Origin: Sphyrna mokarran
Taxonomy: Eukaryota
Assembly (NCBI GenBank): GCA_024679065.1
Contig: JAGIQG010000020.1
Coordinates: 20,336,001-20,400,000 of the forward strand
DNA length: 64,000 bases
Reading direction: 5' to 3'
Part shown: positions 40,826 through 54,031 of the stretch, piece by piece
How the letters are laid out: each line of letters opens with the position of its first letter
How positions within the stretch are numbered: the stretch's first letter is position 1
The notes under the pieces: model-generated
The model's database searches: none
The model's input: only the letters and a program-made list of their open reading frames with translations
What the model was told of the DNA's origin: nothing
Position numbers and translations under genes: made by a program

Positions 40826-42635
40826 GTGAGTTCGACCGAGTCGTCTTTAAAGCGACAGGGGACCCCTTTAACCGTTAACCTCGCTTAATTGTATTTCTAG
40901 TTAGCACACCGGGTAACATGAAATCCACCAGACTGGTGGACACTATCTGTACCTCTCCCCCTTGAATGTGTTTCGCCCAATTTGCACCACATTACACCTA
41001 TTAGCGAACTGAGTTTTGACTAACTCTTAAAAGATCATTTAAAGCCTACACTTAAATAATATCAGCAAACCAAAAACGCCAATGAAACACGTTTGGCTTT
41101 TGATCCTCCGACGGGCCTACAAAGGGCTTAGTCGGGCTGTAGAACTTTTAAATGACATTTTTGAGTGTTCCACGCAACAGCCCAAATTGATTTGGCCCGG
41201 GGAATTACAGCACCGCAATTTACGATATAAATCCATCTAGCTAAACATTCCTTCCCAGCCAGCCTGGTGGGAACGCTCACTGGGTCTGATTATTTCCGGG
41301 TTCTCTACAAGCTTCCCGTGCGCCTTCCAATACACACACAGCCAACACGGAGGACATTTAAATAGGGAACTTCAGGTACACCCCAAGCTCCAGTGTGACC
41401 TGTTCACAACCGCAATGGTGCATGTCGAAACTTTTGAAACTTTTAGAAGGTTTTAGGCAATGCCAGTCAAGAGTAATTTCGCTCCAACTAAGTGAAATAT
41501 CAAAAGGTGTATGATGTGACATTCTTATTTATTTTTTTCTGTAAATGGTTGACATAACAAAATATTTTTAAAATGAACACAAACTTCAGGAGTCTTGAAA
41601 TGACACTTTGAGTAGGCCTTATCAACGTGCGCTTCGGTAGGGAAAAAAAAGGGACATTGTCTTTCTAGCTCCTTCCAAATTGCAAACAACGCTTGTTCTA
41701 AGGTGCCCAACGCAGCAACATGTTACACATGTTTAATGGTTCTGTTAAGCTGCAAATGAACCAATTACACCTCGCGGATAAGACAAAGATGACTTATGAT
41801 CCCTAATCCTTTTACTAAATCAACGTCATTGTAATAAATATCGGTCACCACGGCAGCTGTGCTTTTTGAGGACAGTGTCGGGCAATGCCTGACTTCCAAC
41901 CTCAGCGAAATAGAGCTTGGAGGTGTTGGCCTCTCTCAACTCCTGTCCCGGAATCCCCTGCACTCTTTTTGCCCACTCCGAACCGATCCACTTGAAATAT
42001 CAATCATTGAAAAAGAACAAACTTTCGTCCAAGTTAAACATCAGAGAACTATGTTGATGTGTACCTTCTAATATCTTACTTTCCTCGGTCAATAACTATG
42101 TGGTGCGTGCTTCTGTGTATTGCGTCCGCCTTGTGCAATCATCTCTCAGGGCAATGGTCATTTTGATATTCTGACTTTATATTGTAATGTTATCATTATG
42201 GAATATTTCGTGATTCATCCTCACTTTCGGCTCGCTACCGTCTTTCCATTCTCTATTAATTCTAATGAGTATTAGAATCTATTCATAATTCAAAAGGAGC
42301 TTTTTTTGTTCTTCAAATAAGGACAGGAAGATACACTCACAACAAGCATTAAACGGTGAGGTGCAAGTGAAGACAATTTAAATGCAAATGAGAGCCCTCT
42401 TCAAGTCTTCTTGAAACCCATTTTATTCATCACAGAAGGAATAAACTGGCCCCGTTGTTGAAGACACTTTATTCGCCTCCCACAAGCGAAGCAGCGCTGT
42501 CAGTTTCCAAGAACTGTTTATAATTATTAGGTCCTCGTGACTGTCCTAATTACACAATTTTCTCAATGAGACGGTAAAGGCTTATTTAATTATGGAGGTG
42601 ATATATATTTACATGGCGCCCATTTCTGTTTCCAG

Positions 42636-42859
42636 GCGGTTCGGTACGAAATGTGCGGGATGTTGTCAAGGTATCTCTCCCAGTGACCTCGTCAGAAAAG
42701 CAAGAAATAAAGTCTTTCACTTAAATTGCTTTACTTGTATGGTTTGCAATAAGCAACTGTCGACCGGGGAGGAACTATATATTATCGACGAAAACAAATT
42801 TGTGTGCAAAGAAGACTATTTGAGCACCAGCAGTTTAAAAGACACCAACTTAAATTCAG
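42636..42859 (+). CDS. lhx5: Lhx5 coding exon 2 (LIM domain 2)
   Basis: Acceptor tttctgtttccAG|G. Encodes [74 protein letters not shown]. Donor CAG|GTAAGG. Confidence 0.97.
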
Positions 42860-43599
42860 GTAAGGCCCGAACTTGTATCAACACCTATTGTTAAAGCCGC
42901 GGCAAGAGCGGTGTCTTTCCCCTTCCCTCTGCACCCCGCCCCCCGTTCTTTCTTTCTAATGAGGCGTCACTGACTTAAAACGCCTCAATACATTTCCCCA
43001 CTTGGTCTCTCTTTTCTAGGTCTGTGCAATGGGAAACGTTATACAATATTCCAGCATTCTTTTGAGGGAGTGCTCAAATCCCATGTACTTTAATCAAATG
43101 CCGCGCGTTTACATTTGCAATAAGACATTGAGATTATTTTTTGAATTGGAAAGACCTCTCTGGGTTTCCATCTGCACCCGGTTTTGGTATAAAGTCAAAA
43201 TCGATGACTACACTATTTTACACAGTACCTTTTTACTGAGAGTTCTAATCTGCATGTCATGAAGACAAAAATACACCAGTAGAATGGTTCGTTCAAATTG
43301 AAATAGCCCTTCAAAGCTTTTTAATGGAAACGTTAAAAAAAATGAAAACATTAAACACGTGTTTCGGGGAAGCGCATCTGTTCGCATCCAATTGGAGATA
43401 TGTTCAAAGTTGTGGCTAATGACTTGGATTATTACGCTGTGCTTGTTGGAAAGTCCTCTCCCTTCCGGGGTAACACTGGCTCCGTTACCTGGCGTGTCAT
43501 TGCTCGGGCTGGGAATGGGAATGTCAATAGCAGCAGCTTTGCCGGACGCCTGCGCTGATTAGGAATAATAATTTTAAAAAAGCCGTTTATGTCTTTCAG

Positions 43600-43877
43600 T
43601 CTCTTCGTGTACAGATCGGAGTTTATCGCCCGACATTCAAGATCAGAATCTGGACGATACAAAAGAAACGGACAATTCCACCTCGTCAGACAAAGAGACG
43701 CAGAATAATGAGAACGAGGAACAGAGCATGGGCACCAAGCGGAGAGGACCCCGGACCACCATTAAAGCCAAGCAGTTAGAAACACTAAAAGCCGCTTTCG
43801 CCGCTACCCCGAAGCCCACCCGACACATAAGGGAACAACTTGCTCAGGAAACAGGCCTCAACATGCGGGTTATTCAG
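43600..43877 (+). CDS. lhx5: Lhx5 coding exon 3 (linker and homeodomain helices 1-2)
   Basis: Acceptor tgtctttcAG|T. Encodes [93 protein letters not shown]. Donor CAG|GTACCA. Confidence 0.97.
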
Positions 43878-44579
43878 GTACCACCACGCCGTTGCTTATT
43901 CGGCCCTGAGCCATGTTATCTGGACCCAGTAACCATCATTCTCTAAGACGGGGAAAAAAATGTTTTTAAACGCTTCAGATGTGTAAGCAAAGAGGCGGAA
44001 ATTTCGAATCGAATATACTTTGTTGAAAATGTTGGCTTGAACACTGAATCCACAAAGTAGTTTGCGTTTCATTTTATCCCGGGACGGTCTTTCAAGCATT
44101 CACGTTAAACTTGAAATGTGTAACTCAGTTGTGTCCTGCTCAGGGAGTTGGGATTCTGGATAAGCACAATGCCACTATGTTCAATACCCGGGCTCACTCC
44201 ATACACACACTGATGCTTTTGTTTTTACCCATAACATTCACACTTAATACTTCCCCTCCCCCCACCCCACGATCCTCAATCAGAATGATTAGAGAATTTT
44301 AAGAATCAAACTTTACTTCTGATTAAACAAAATTGGACACGTGTGTATAAGGTTTTGGCTACATGCCGGTGTCGGCGACATCTCGATTGAATGCTGCCCG
44401 CAGCGTCAATTTTCTATACATAATGGGGAGGTATTGGTTTAATCAACAGACACAAAGAATGAGGTTTGCCTAGGTTGTCCTACTTTCCCCATTCCTTACA
44501 TGGTTAGTAGGTGTTATTAGAGGCACTTGCTGTATTTCCACTAAAGAACGGCCCATTGTTTTTTTTTCTCTCTTGGCAG

Positions 44580-44745
44580 GTCTGGTTTCAGAACAGAAGA
44601 TCTAAGGAGAGGCGGATGAAGCAGTTGAGTGCTCTGGGTGCAAGGAGACACGCTTTCTTCCGAAGTCCCAGGCGCATGCGTCCTCTGGGGGGGCGCCTGG
44701 ACGAATCGGAAATGATGGGTTCTGCTCCCTACAATTACTACGGAG
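44580..44745 (+). CDS. lhx5: Lhx5 coding exon 4 (homeodomain helix 3, VWFQNRR)
   Basis: Long polypyrimidine tract then gcAG|G. Encodes [55 protein letters not shown]. Donor GAG|GTAACT. Confidence 0.97.
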
Positions 44746-47491
44746 GTAACTTGTACACCATTTCAACTTTCCAAAAATATCAAAGAGTTTGTCCGCTGTT
44801 AACAGGCAATGTCCGGAATGGGACACTGCCTATCTTCAGTGCTCTAATCTCATTTTCCCCTCATTCCCCAAACCTCCTTTTGTTTCATTGGGATTTGGAA
44901 TCTGTGTGTCACCCCTCGGCGTTAAATTGCCACATAACACCAGTATCTCTCCCAGTGTCCTCTCCAATCAGAAGGTCCGGGTTAGGGCATAAAGCGCACT
45001 TTTTGGAACTGAGCAAAGGAAACTCCTGATTTTCTATCTGTTAGTTTATCCGGAGATTCACTGGGTAGAGTTGTCTCCTCTCTCGGGGCCTTCATTCCGT
45101 GTTCAACAGCATTAATGCCGACAAGGCTCAAAGAGTTTGGGCCCCTTTGTTATAAAATGTCATTATTTTTAGCCTTTTAAAGAGACTTGGGAGAAGGGGA
45201 GTTTGGATATGCCCGTGTTATTTTTCTTGGCGTGTGTGTCCCTAAACCACCCCTTTTTCCCCACATTTCCTTTAATTCTAGATGTTTCACTCCAATCTTC
45301 AAGCGGAACGATTTGTTTTCTGGGTGTGTTCCCCCACCTCCCACCTCGTCCGAACGGTGGCCAGAGCTGAGGCCGAGAGGTTCATTTGCTAAACCGCCTC
45401 GGTTGCGTTGGGGCGATCCGCGTGGTCCAAGGTGCTCGGTTGCTATGACTTTCTCACTTGTTTCGTGGCATCTGCACGGGTATTATTGAGTGAATGATCG
45501 CAGCCTGTTGAGCTCTTTAATCCGCCCCTCTCTCCCCCCCCCCCATACCCCAGGGCCGCTCCCCCCTTCCCCCCCTCACCGCCCCTGTAAGAGATTCCGC
45601 TCCAGCGCTGGCCAAGTTGCGTCCGATAAAGCAATGCATTGTGATGAAGCTGTCTTTTTGAAGAGAAGTCTAACCCATTCAGCGGGCACTTTCTCTTGTG
45701 TTTCCGCGAACAAAGCTACAGCTGCAGTCTTTTGTCGGATATTCACCCAGGATTTGTTCCAATTACCTCGAACTCTTGGAGCATATGGAGGGTCACTCGC
45801 TGAACGCCACGACTCTGCTCCTTACCGCTTGCTGCAGCCTTCTGCTCCCCTCCCATTTGAAACAGCTCCCTTCATCAAATTAACATATTTCGCATTTTTT
45901 TAAAGCGAATTAAAAATAACATTAAGTATACGCCACCCGTACCCACGTGTAGAGGTTTTCAAATGTACCCACCCCTGTTAAGTACAGTAGGAATATGAGA
46001 TAATATTTGATTCCAGTCGCGTTAAATTTCCATCACTTTATAGCCCAACATAGAAATCCAAATGTGATACCAGTATACTGAATCATACATTATAATTCGT
46101 CTCCCGTTGCTGAATTGTGTAAGTGTTAAGAATCTTTTGGATGGAAATACGTCACCCATGTTAATCTGGAAACTTATTACCACGCGCCAACACCCAGTAG
46201 AACTTATAAACAAGGAATTACTTTAAATTACTCTTTAACTACCAAGAAAATTATTGACACTCCTGTAAAATATAAATATTCATCAGAAGTAGGCACTATT
46301 AATTTGGGTATAAATAGGCTGTACCTTTTGCGGGATATCACGAATTGCGGCTGTAAGACCAACAAAGCATTCGTAGTAACAGGTTTCGAAAATCAATCCT
46401 ACAGCTTCTTTGTGCTCTTATACACGTTTGGAATCTGTGGTATCGTATCTTACACGTTCATATACAAATATTAGATTAATTTGGTATGCAGGCAGTGATT
46501 GTTCGTCAGAACAACATTTTCGCTTAAACCAGTAAAAGTTTTGTTGCAAAGTTGATTGAAATCAGTTATCCAACCAGGAAACAATCAATGGACTGCGGGC
46601 GTTCACTTTCCCGCCTTTTGCTGTTGACCATTAATAATAATAACCGGCCTTTCTAAAACTATGCATTCACATACAGCTGACGTTACGTGTTTGAGTGTTT
46701 TTGCCGTCCAAACATTTTAAAAAACACAAACTTTGATTTGTAACCGGGAAGTCAATGGCTTTCCATTTCCCATCAGATCACTCACATTAATTACCAAATG
46801 GTGAATAGTAGTCAATCACACGTTAGCTTTTGTGTGACAATCGGGCCTGGAGAGCGAAAAGCCTGATCACAAAATCAGGAAGGTGTTGCCTTTTAACAAC
46901 GGACGCGAAAGCATGTCGTGGACAAATTGTGTGTACACCGCGGAGTTCACACGATTTGGCCCGGCATTTGATACCTTGATCAAAAAATGGGAAATTAAAA
47001 GTCTGGAGCCAAGTTCCCGAACAAGTCAGTGTTATTCCTCAGAGCTGCGTTCGGTGGTTAGAGCACTAGTTTGACACTCCTTCTTGAGTGTGCGGTCAAT
47101 GGGATTTACTTGTGGTGATGGGGCAACAAGTTTCTCACTGGAGAACTCAATCAGGCCGTTTTTATGGTAATATTTTAAACTGAATATATTTTTTGCATCA
47201 CATTTCTGTACTTTTTTGGATCATTAATAACGGTGTTGATATGATTTCTTATTGTCATATGTATTGGTATACAATGAAAAATATTGTATACCTCGCTATA
47301 CAAAGCGAGGGAAAGGAAAGCAGAATGTCATAATTCTTCTCCAGCATACTGAATCATAGCTTAAGATGTAGAGAAAGATAAACTTAATGTGAGGTAGGAA
47401 CATTCAAAAGTCTGGCAGTTTCAAGAACGATTAGGCAGAAACTGGGATCTAACTGCAAGGCTAAACACGTTTCTCTTTTCATCCCACACAG

Positions 47492-47877
47492 ATTATCAGG
47501 GAGACTACTACGGCCCAGCGGCAAACTATGACTTTTTCCCGCACGGTCCACCGTCCTCTCAAGCACATTCGCCGGCGGATTCCGGCTACATGCAGTCCTC
47601 AGGACCTGGGGGGACCTCACTCGGAGTACTTGAACCCCCTTTATCCGGCCACCATCCTCCCACTATCGGTGGCAGCGAAAACCAAAGGTATACGGACATG
47701 ATTTCCCACCCTGACACCCCGAGTCCTGAGCCAGGGATAACCGGCCCGCTGCACCCGATCCCGGGCGAAGTGTTCAGCGGAGGACCCAGCCCGCCCTTCT
47801 CAATGTCCAGCAACAGTGGCTACAGCGGGCCGCTCTCACATCCGAGCCAGGAGCTGAATGAGACTGCGGTCTGGTGA
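47492..47877 (+). CDS. lhx5: Lhx5 coding exon 5 (Pro/Ser-rich C-terminus, TGA stop)
   Basis: Acceptor ttctcttttcatcccacacAG|AT. Encodes [41 protein letters not shown]...[13 protein letters not shown]. Confidence 0.96.
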
Positions 47878-48461
47878 GGGGGTTGTTGGGTATGGGGAGG
47901 AGGGGTGGGGGGGAGAGAGTGGAGATGTGGGGAGGAGGGGGGGAACTCCACTCAGCTCAGGCAACAGGGGAACATATGATCACTGCAGCTCTGGCATTCA
48001 AGTTATTGAACTGTCATCTCTCTCCCCAAATACATTGCGCCCCCTCCCAGGAGGAGCAGTGAAGAGGTGGCTGTCTAGGGATGGGTGGAGAGCACCCCCT
48101 ATGTAGAGCCTCCCACTCAACCCTACTCTCCGTCTTCCTCTCCCACACATAGCCTCCAACTCAACCCCACCCTCCCCACTTCTCTCCCACTCAATCCTTC
48201 TCTTCCACTTCCTCCTCCCACCCAAGTGACCTCATTGACAGGGGGTTGGGAGGGGGAAGTTGGCACTGCGCAGGCTCCGCGAATGGCGGCACATCCGGTG
48301 TGGGAGGGGCCCACAGCAGGGGTCTCTGGGAGAGGCATTGCCTGCTGGGAAAGCAGGAGTTGCCACTTTTCAGCCACCGCCCCCCCCCCGCCACCCTCCC
48401 CGGTAAGAGTGGGCAGAAGGCACTGGCTATGAATAGAGTTCCTGGTTTTGTTGTTAATGTG

Positions 48462-48689
48462 AATAAAGATCGTTTTAGTTTCAACTCACCATTCATCCGA
48501 CAATCCATTGTTTCCATCAGTCATAGGAAATCTGGCATCGATGATGACAATCACTTTGAGTGCTTTGGATAGTTAGTTCCCATCCCACAATCTTGGAGTT
48601 CCCTACGTGACACCTTTTTAAATTTCTTTAATTAACTGTAAAATTGTCACCATTGATGTTTAAGGAAAAAAAGTAAACACTTGAATAAA
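48462..48689 (+). terminator. Candidate polyadenylation signals of lhx5
   Basis: AATAAA at 48462-48467 and 48684-48689. The second is followed by a T-run and GT-rich sequence (48758-48780). Confidence 0.5.
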
Positions 48690-48757
48690 TATCCTTTTTT
48701 TAACAAACAGCGATTAGCAAGCTTTATTTCGGGATCTCACTATTACTAGGAAAAAAG

Positions 48758-48792
48758 TGTGTTTGTGTGTGTGTGTGTGAGAGAGAGAGAGA
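48758..48792. repeat. Compound (GT)n(GA)n microsatellite
   Basis: gtgtgtttgtgtgtgtgtgtgtgagagagagagaga. Confidence 0.9.
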
Positions 48793-51700
48793 TGAGATTT
48801 TATTATAGACATGTCTCACCCACCAAAAGGGGAGAAGTCAGAATTCTTCACAGTAACTTTGGTTCGTTATTGCTCTGTTAGAAATGATAATAGATTGAAA
48901 GGTGACCCTTCCCCTCCCCTCCCCGTAATGTGTCATCTATAAAGCTGGAAATGAAATACAAATAGATTTCATGACATGATGCAGCAACTATCTGGCCTCA
49001 CTCAGGCATTCCACCTTCACCGGCTGCACAAAATACTGGATATCTCAATGGACATTAATCATTGAATCACAGTTCAGCCCTTGGCAGTAAATTTACGCGA
49101 GGTCTTATTCGGCAATCCATTTGCAATATTTCGATGCGGGTCCCTTTAGCCGTCCTCCACCAAGACGTTTTTGTGCAGGTTATTGGAAGTAGAAGCGCAC
49201 CCTAATCCCGCAGAAAACCAATCTATCGCTTTAGGCCCTTAAATGTGAGTGATTGTCGTCTTGTCCCTGTATGCGCAAACATATACTGGTTCAAAGGATG
49301 CTACAGGCACCAGTTATACTATGTACATGACTTGGCCTCAGTTGTCGAGGTATTTTGCTAAATTGAAAGACCAATGTATGGTTGACTGAAACGATTTTAC
49401 GACGGAAGTAGTTAAAATCTCCAACAGATCTGTTTTTTTTTCTAACCAAGCACTATAATTCCAGCAACCTTTAAAGGATGCGTTTTGCATGTACTGTAAG
49501 AAGAAATTATTAGATTGGGGCACATGTTGGAATATTCTTTTGAACTGAACGCAATTAAAATAAATCTCCTTTTGTGTTTGGCAGCGCTCCCAGAAGTACA
49601 ATTTTGACACTCCTTGTTTTTTTTAAATAAAGTGAAGGGCAGAATTATCGGTAATGTTAGCAGGGGTCGCCAGTAGAGGTGGCAAATATTACAGGTAAAA
49701 TGAGCGAATCCACACTAATGATTGCTGGAATACGGTGAGCGAACAGCCTCACATTCTCATTTTCGATGTTATCATTTTTGTCACATTTATTTTTTTTAAA
49801 ACCAACATAGATATGGGATTTAACCTATTTGTTATTTCTTCCAACCGACATAACACGAAGACACCGCATGAAAGCGTTCTTTTTTAACCAAGTGCATCTA
49901 GGACCATGTTCAAAGATGCAGTTCAGGGGCCAATTGCCAACAGCGACTCGTCGTCAGTATTAGCGTAAACTTTTTGACCGATGCGTCTTCACAGTTCGTA
50001 TATTAAATATTGTACTGTAATTTCCTTCAGCATCTTAGCAACCTAGAGTCCAGTTGGGCATATTCATTGTGAGAGTGTTTAAGCTGCGTTGGGTTTATCA
50101 TCAATGAGCCATCAATCAAATGAACCCCAATGGGGTGCACGGAAAGGGAATAGGCGAGAAGCTTTATGAAGACTAATGACTTAAATGTACATTATCCAAG
50201 TGTCGCGCACAGGATTTAACCCCACGTTTACATTGGGACACCCCAGCCTTGTAATGGTATTCCCCTGACTACACGGTGATTTCTGTTAGCTTCTTGGGTA
50301 TTTCTGTAAATCATCTGTTCACCTAGGTTTGAATCAGTAGATTTATGCAAATCTGTTTTTCCACAAGCCAAGACTGATTCCACTCCTGAATGTCCCGAAA
50401 CGCTGAAAATGTTATGACCATATTTTGGTCTGAAGGGGGAGCATTGTGCTAGCTGTGTGCTTCAAGTGTGTATTAATATAATAATCCAGTCTGAAATCAG
50501 TTATATTATCTCACTTACGTACGGATGTGCTGGTGTGTGAAGGTACGGTATAAATACTCCGCCAGCATTGCATGACAAATCTAAAACATACCTTGACGCA
50601 AACGCTATTGTGGCCCACTTTGTCCTCCAAAATGGTGTCCCATTGAAGAAACGGGTTCCATTTTCAGGTAACACTCACTCGATTTGAAGTGCTGGTGTCT
50701 CTATTAGATTTAGGGTCACAGCCTGTCTAACCACAATGATCAACCCGGTTAGCCAGATGGTTCCAATGAGATTATTCTGCATTTGATACGTCCTGGATCG
50801 TCTGCCTTGTTTGCAAACTTTGCAAAGATTGGCAGATGCACGTCTCCTATGTGTCTATGGTGGGGGGGGGAGGGGGTTAGATCTGAGTAAGCGAGGGAGA
50901 GAGACAGAGAGTGTGTGAGATGAACTGTATGTGAGTGCGTGCACTCCGAATGTGTTCTCTAAGAGCATGCTTTACCTTATGTAAGAGGCGTTATGTCTTT
51001 GTGACAGAGCCCGTGTGAACATTGCATGTAGTGGTACACGTCTATGTCTGTGTACTAGGAAAGAGCATGTACATGCCTACGATCTGCGCGCTTGTGTGCG
51101 TTTTCGAAAAAGTACCGTGCAAAAATTTCAAGCTTTCGGTGAAAAATAGCAGGGTTCAGTTTTGTCGACTTTCTATAATTAATGACCTCAGTTGTAATAG
51201 GATTTTGCAGCCTTTGGCACTGACTGGAAACACCTTTTTGCATAAGATGTAGCATACAATAGGGAGCTGCCTCTTGATTTATGGGTTCCTACTCAGGAAT
51301 GAATCTCCCGGGTAGCTGGCTGGCGAAATTCATCAGAAGAGACACAGACGGCTTTTGTGTGGACGTGTTTTTTTTTTCGCAGTACCTGAAAATTGATACC
51401 TACTTGAAGTACAAACGCAAATGAGAAAGTGGAAAAAACAAAACAGTTGCCGGTATTAATGGCAATGCAGTTTTATTGCACAGGGCTTTGCAAACCGCTG
51501 CCTCAAAACAGGAGAAGGTAATCACCTGAACCTGCACAGTGAAGCAGTCGCTTCTGTTTTTTGTTCCAGCTGTTAGACCACAAAGCATTAATCAAATGCA
51601 AATCCAAAAAGGTCATTTGTAATGCCTAAAGGCTGGTTTTAAATTCCCCAATATCCCTACTCCTGGGCTCTAGACAGAACTGTGTGGAAATTTACAGCAA

Positions 51701-52166
51701 ATAAAACGATCTTCTCTCCGACTTGGGGGATTCTGTAATTATTTTTCTGACGTTTCTCTTTCAACATTCATCCGGTTTGAATTCAAAAATAACGGTTTTG
51801 CCCTTTTTTTAAGAAATTATTTTGCTTAGTTGATTGTGAATGCAAGTAGTGGGCTTCCAGTTATCCAGCCTTTAGTTTGATGCTATACCATTAAGAGAAA
51901 CAATTGTAGAATGTCAGCCCTTCAGGTGTGTTTAACACAAGGAGCGTGTTAAATATTTGAGGCAAAAATGTTTTCACCTGAAGTTGCTGTATACAAGATC
52001 CATTCAAAACTTTTGAGCATTTTGCTACTACTCAAATCTATCTATAGTGTAACAAAAGTATACCTATATATTATTTAACTATAACAGAAGATCTTTTTTT
52101 TGCAGACAAATTCATTGTAATTATGCATCTGTAATTTTATGCTCATTCGTGTTTTGGAAGAAATGT

Positions 52167-52310
52167 AAAGTGGCCATAGTCCCAGATGATCATAGACTGC
52201 CCTCGCCTTTGAGAGGAAGAGCTAATTGGTGCCGATTTAACCCGAAGATCACCACACCTTAGGCGAAAGGCAAGGTAGAGAAGGCGGACTGTTAATGAAT
52301 AATCTCATGA
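52167..52310 (-). mobile_element. tRNA-derived SINE (family B), partial
   Basis: aaagtggccatagtcccagatgatcatagactgc.. is homologous to 58651-58855. Confidence 0.7.
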
Positions 52311-54010
52311 ATATTACTCAAAGTACCGTAAAGAGGATCACTGTTGTTGTCATGCACTTTCTGCTCTAAGAAGCATTTAAACACTGATGGTACTCATGTT
52401 GTTACAATATGCGCTTATTTAGAAAAACGTCATTCAATGTCTACTCATTGGTGTTAGAACACATCAACCAAGGAGAGACCTTCTCCTTGTATACATACGG
52501 ACCATGGAGGTAACAAGCGTTAGCCTCTGTGTGATGACTCAGACAGGCCGTGAGTTGGCCGTGTTGGATATTCATGGTATTCTGGGATGTAGGAAGCACG
52601 GTTTTCACTGTTTCTGGAATATGCCTTGTGCCGCCCATAATTTGACTTGATTAGAGTTTTGTTTTGGTCTAGTTCGTCTCGTTATTCCAATAGCGTTAAC
52701 AGCAAATAGTAATTTATGCGCCTATGGTGCGGGGACAGACCTCACACTGGTCAAAAGTGGACCACTGAAAGTTTCAGTTCAGAACTGCAGCTTTGCCCCA
52801 ATCCTGATTCATGAAGGGATAATTATTTGAAATTCCAATCCACTATTAACGGGGGCCGGGGAATGGAGGAGGGGGAATATCCTGTTTGTTTGAGGTGTTT
52901 AGTTGCAATATGTTCATTGATTTGATTTCTGCAGGTCAGCACAAAGCACTGTAAAGAATAAATCATGCAATTATGGCGGGTTTCATGGTGAAGCAAGTAC
53001 AGGAACCCCCATTAATCACTGGTAATTGTAAACTCAAAGTTAATGCTTGGATAACCGGGCACTCGGGATATTTCAGTTAGAATCATGTTCTCATCTTCAA
53101 GGTATCCAGTCCAGAACGCGGAACTTCGTCTCGATAAATAACGATCTTGTCAATTTTTTTTTGTAAAAGTTCAACACTAGAAAATTATAACCTGGAAATG
53201 AAAACTGCATTCTAATTTTGTAATAAATTTAAACGCATAAGGGAGTTGGAAGAATTCGTTGCACTAGCGAATGCTCTGACCCGCTAACAATAATGCCAGC
53301 CTTTCTGTTTGCTTAACTCGACATAAAGACGTGAAAGGAATGTGCCTTTAAACAACTTTTGTGTGATATGTAAACGTGTAAGTGAAATGACGCTGGGAAG
53401 CGTAGAGAAACACAATTTATTTTGTGTTTCTTAATAAAAAAGGTATGATGGTGATAAATTAATCCGCGCATTATTTATGACACAGGAGTTGATCCTTCAC
53501 TTTTTTATTAGCTGATGTATAATGTCAAAAACAGTAGAGCATTGGTATGAACAGCAAGTGGCTGCTTTGAAAAAAAAACGGGATTTATTTTCCCTTTTGA
53601 CCATCAACTTAAAAGATTAACTGGATAAAGCTGCAGAGATAGAGCAGGAGGCAAATCAAGAGAGAGACAGCTAAAAGCTGTAAGCTCTAACGAATAAGGA
53701 ATGGTAAAATATGTGGAAATAAATTGTGGCTGTTCATAGTTCCTGCTTTTTTTTATGTTTTACAGAACGTATAATCATTTCGGATTTTTTTTTAAATGGA
53801 TGTAACTGCAGCAAATACTGAGGATCAAAATCACCAGCATGTGCTAATTGAAACACGCTGTTTGTTGCTTTACGAAGCGCGCACTTTGCTCAGTCCGGAT
53901 GTAGATGTGAACAGTAAGCTTGTGCTAATCCTGGAGTCAGCATCGGTCAGTCAGCCAGCTATACACGAGCCCATCTGAGAGATTGCGAGTCTGTCTCTTG
54001 TGGTGTGCGT

Positions 54011-54031
54011 TTCAGGACCATGGACAGTTCC
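54011..54031 (+). promoter_or_regulatory. RE1/NRSE (REST binding site)
   Basis: TTCAGGACCATGGACAGTTCC matches the consensus TTCAGCACCACGGACAGCGCC at 17/21, with canonical half-site spacing and an intact GGACAG. Confidence 0.7.

Larger units (their letters stand above)
40656..47877 (+). other. lhx5: lhx5 gene, coding span (5 coding exons, 407-aa LIM-LIM-homeodomain transcription factor)
   Basis: Exons of 170+224+278+166+386 nt = 1224 nt join in frame (intron phases 2,1,0,1) with GT-AG introns. The linker [24 protein letters not shown], the segment [12 protein letters not shown] and the C-terminus [17 protein letters not shown] resemble LHX5, not LHX1. Confidence 0.95.

Noticed and set aside
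44746-45029. ORF read-through past exon 4
   Set aside because: Homology stops at the GT donor (44746), and exon 5 continues the conserved protein.
40656-47877. Assignment as lhx1
   Set aside because: The linker, post-homeodomain and C-terminal sequences follow LHX5, even though some LIM residues are LHX1-like.
47858-48572. Several overlapping ORFs after the lhx5 stop codon
   Set aside because: Low-complexity G/C-rich 3' UTR sequence.
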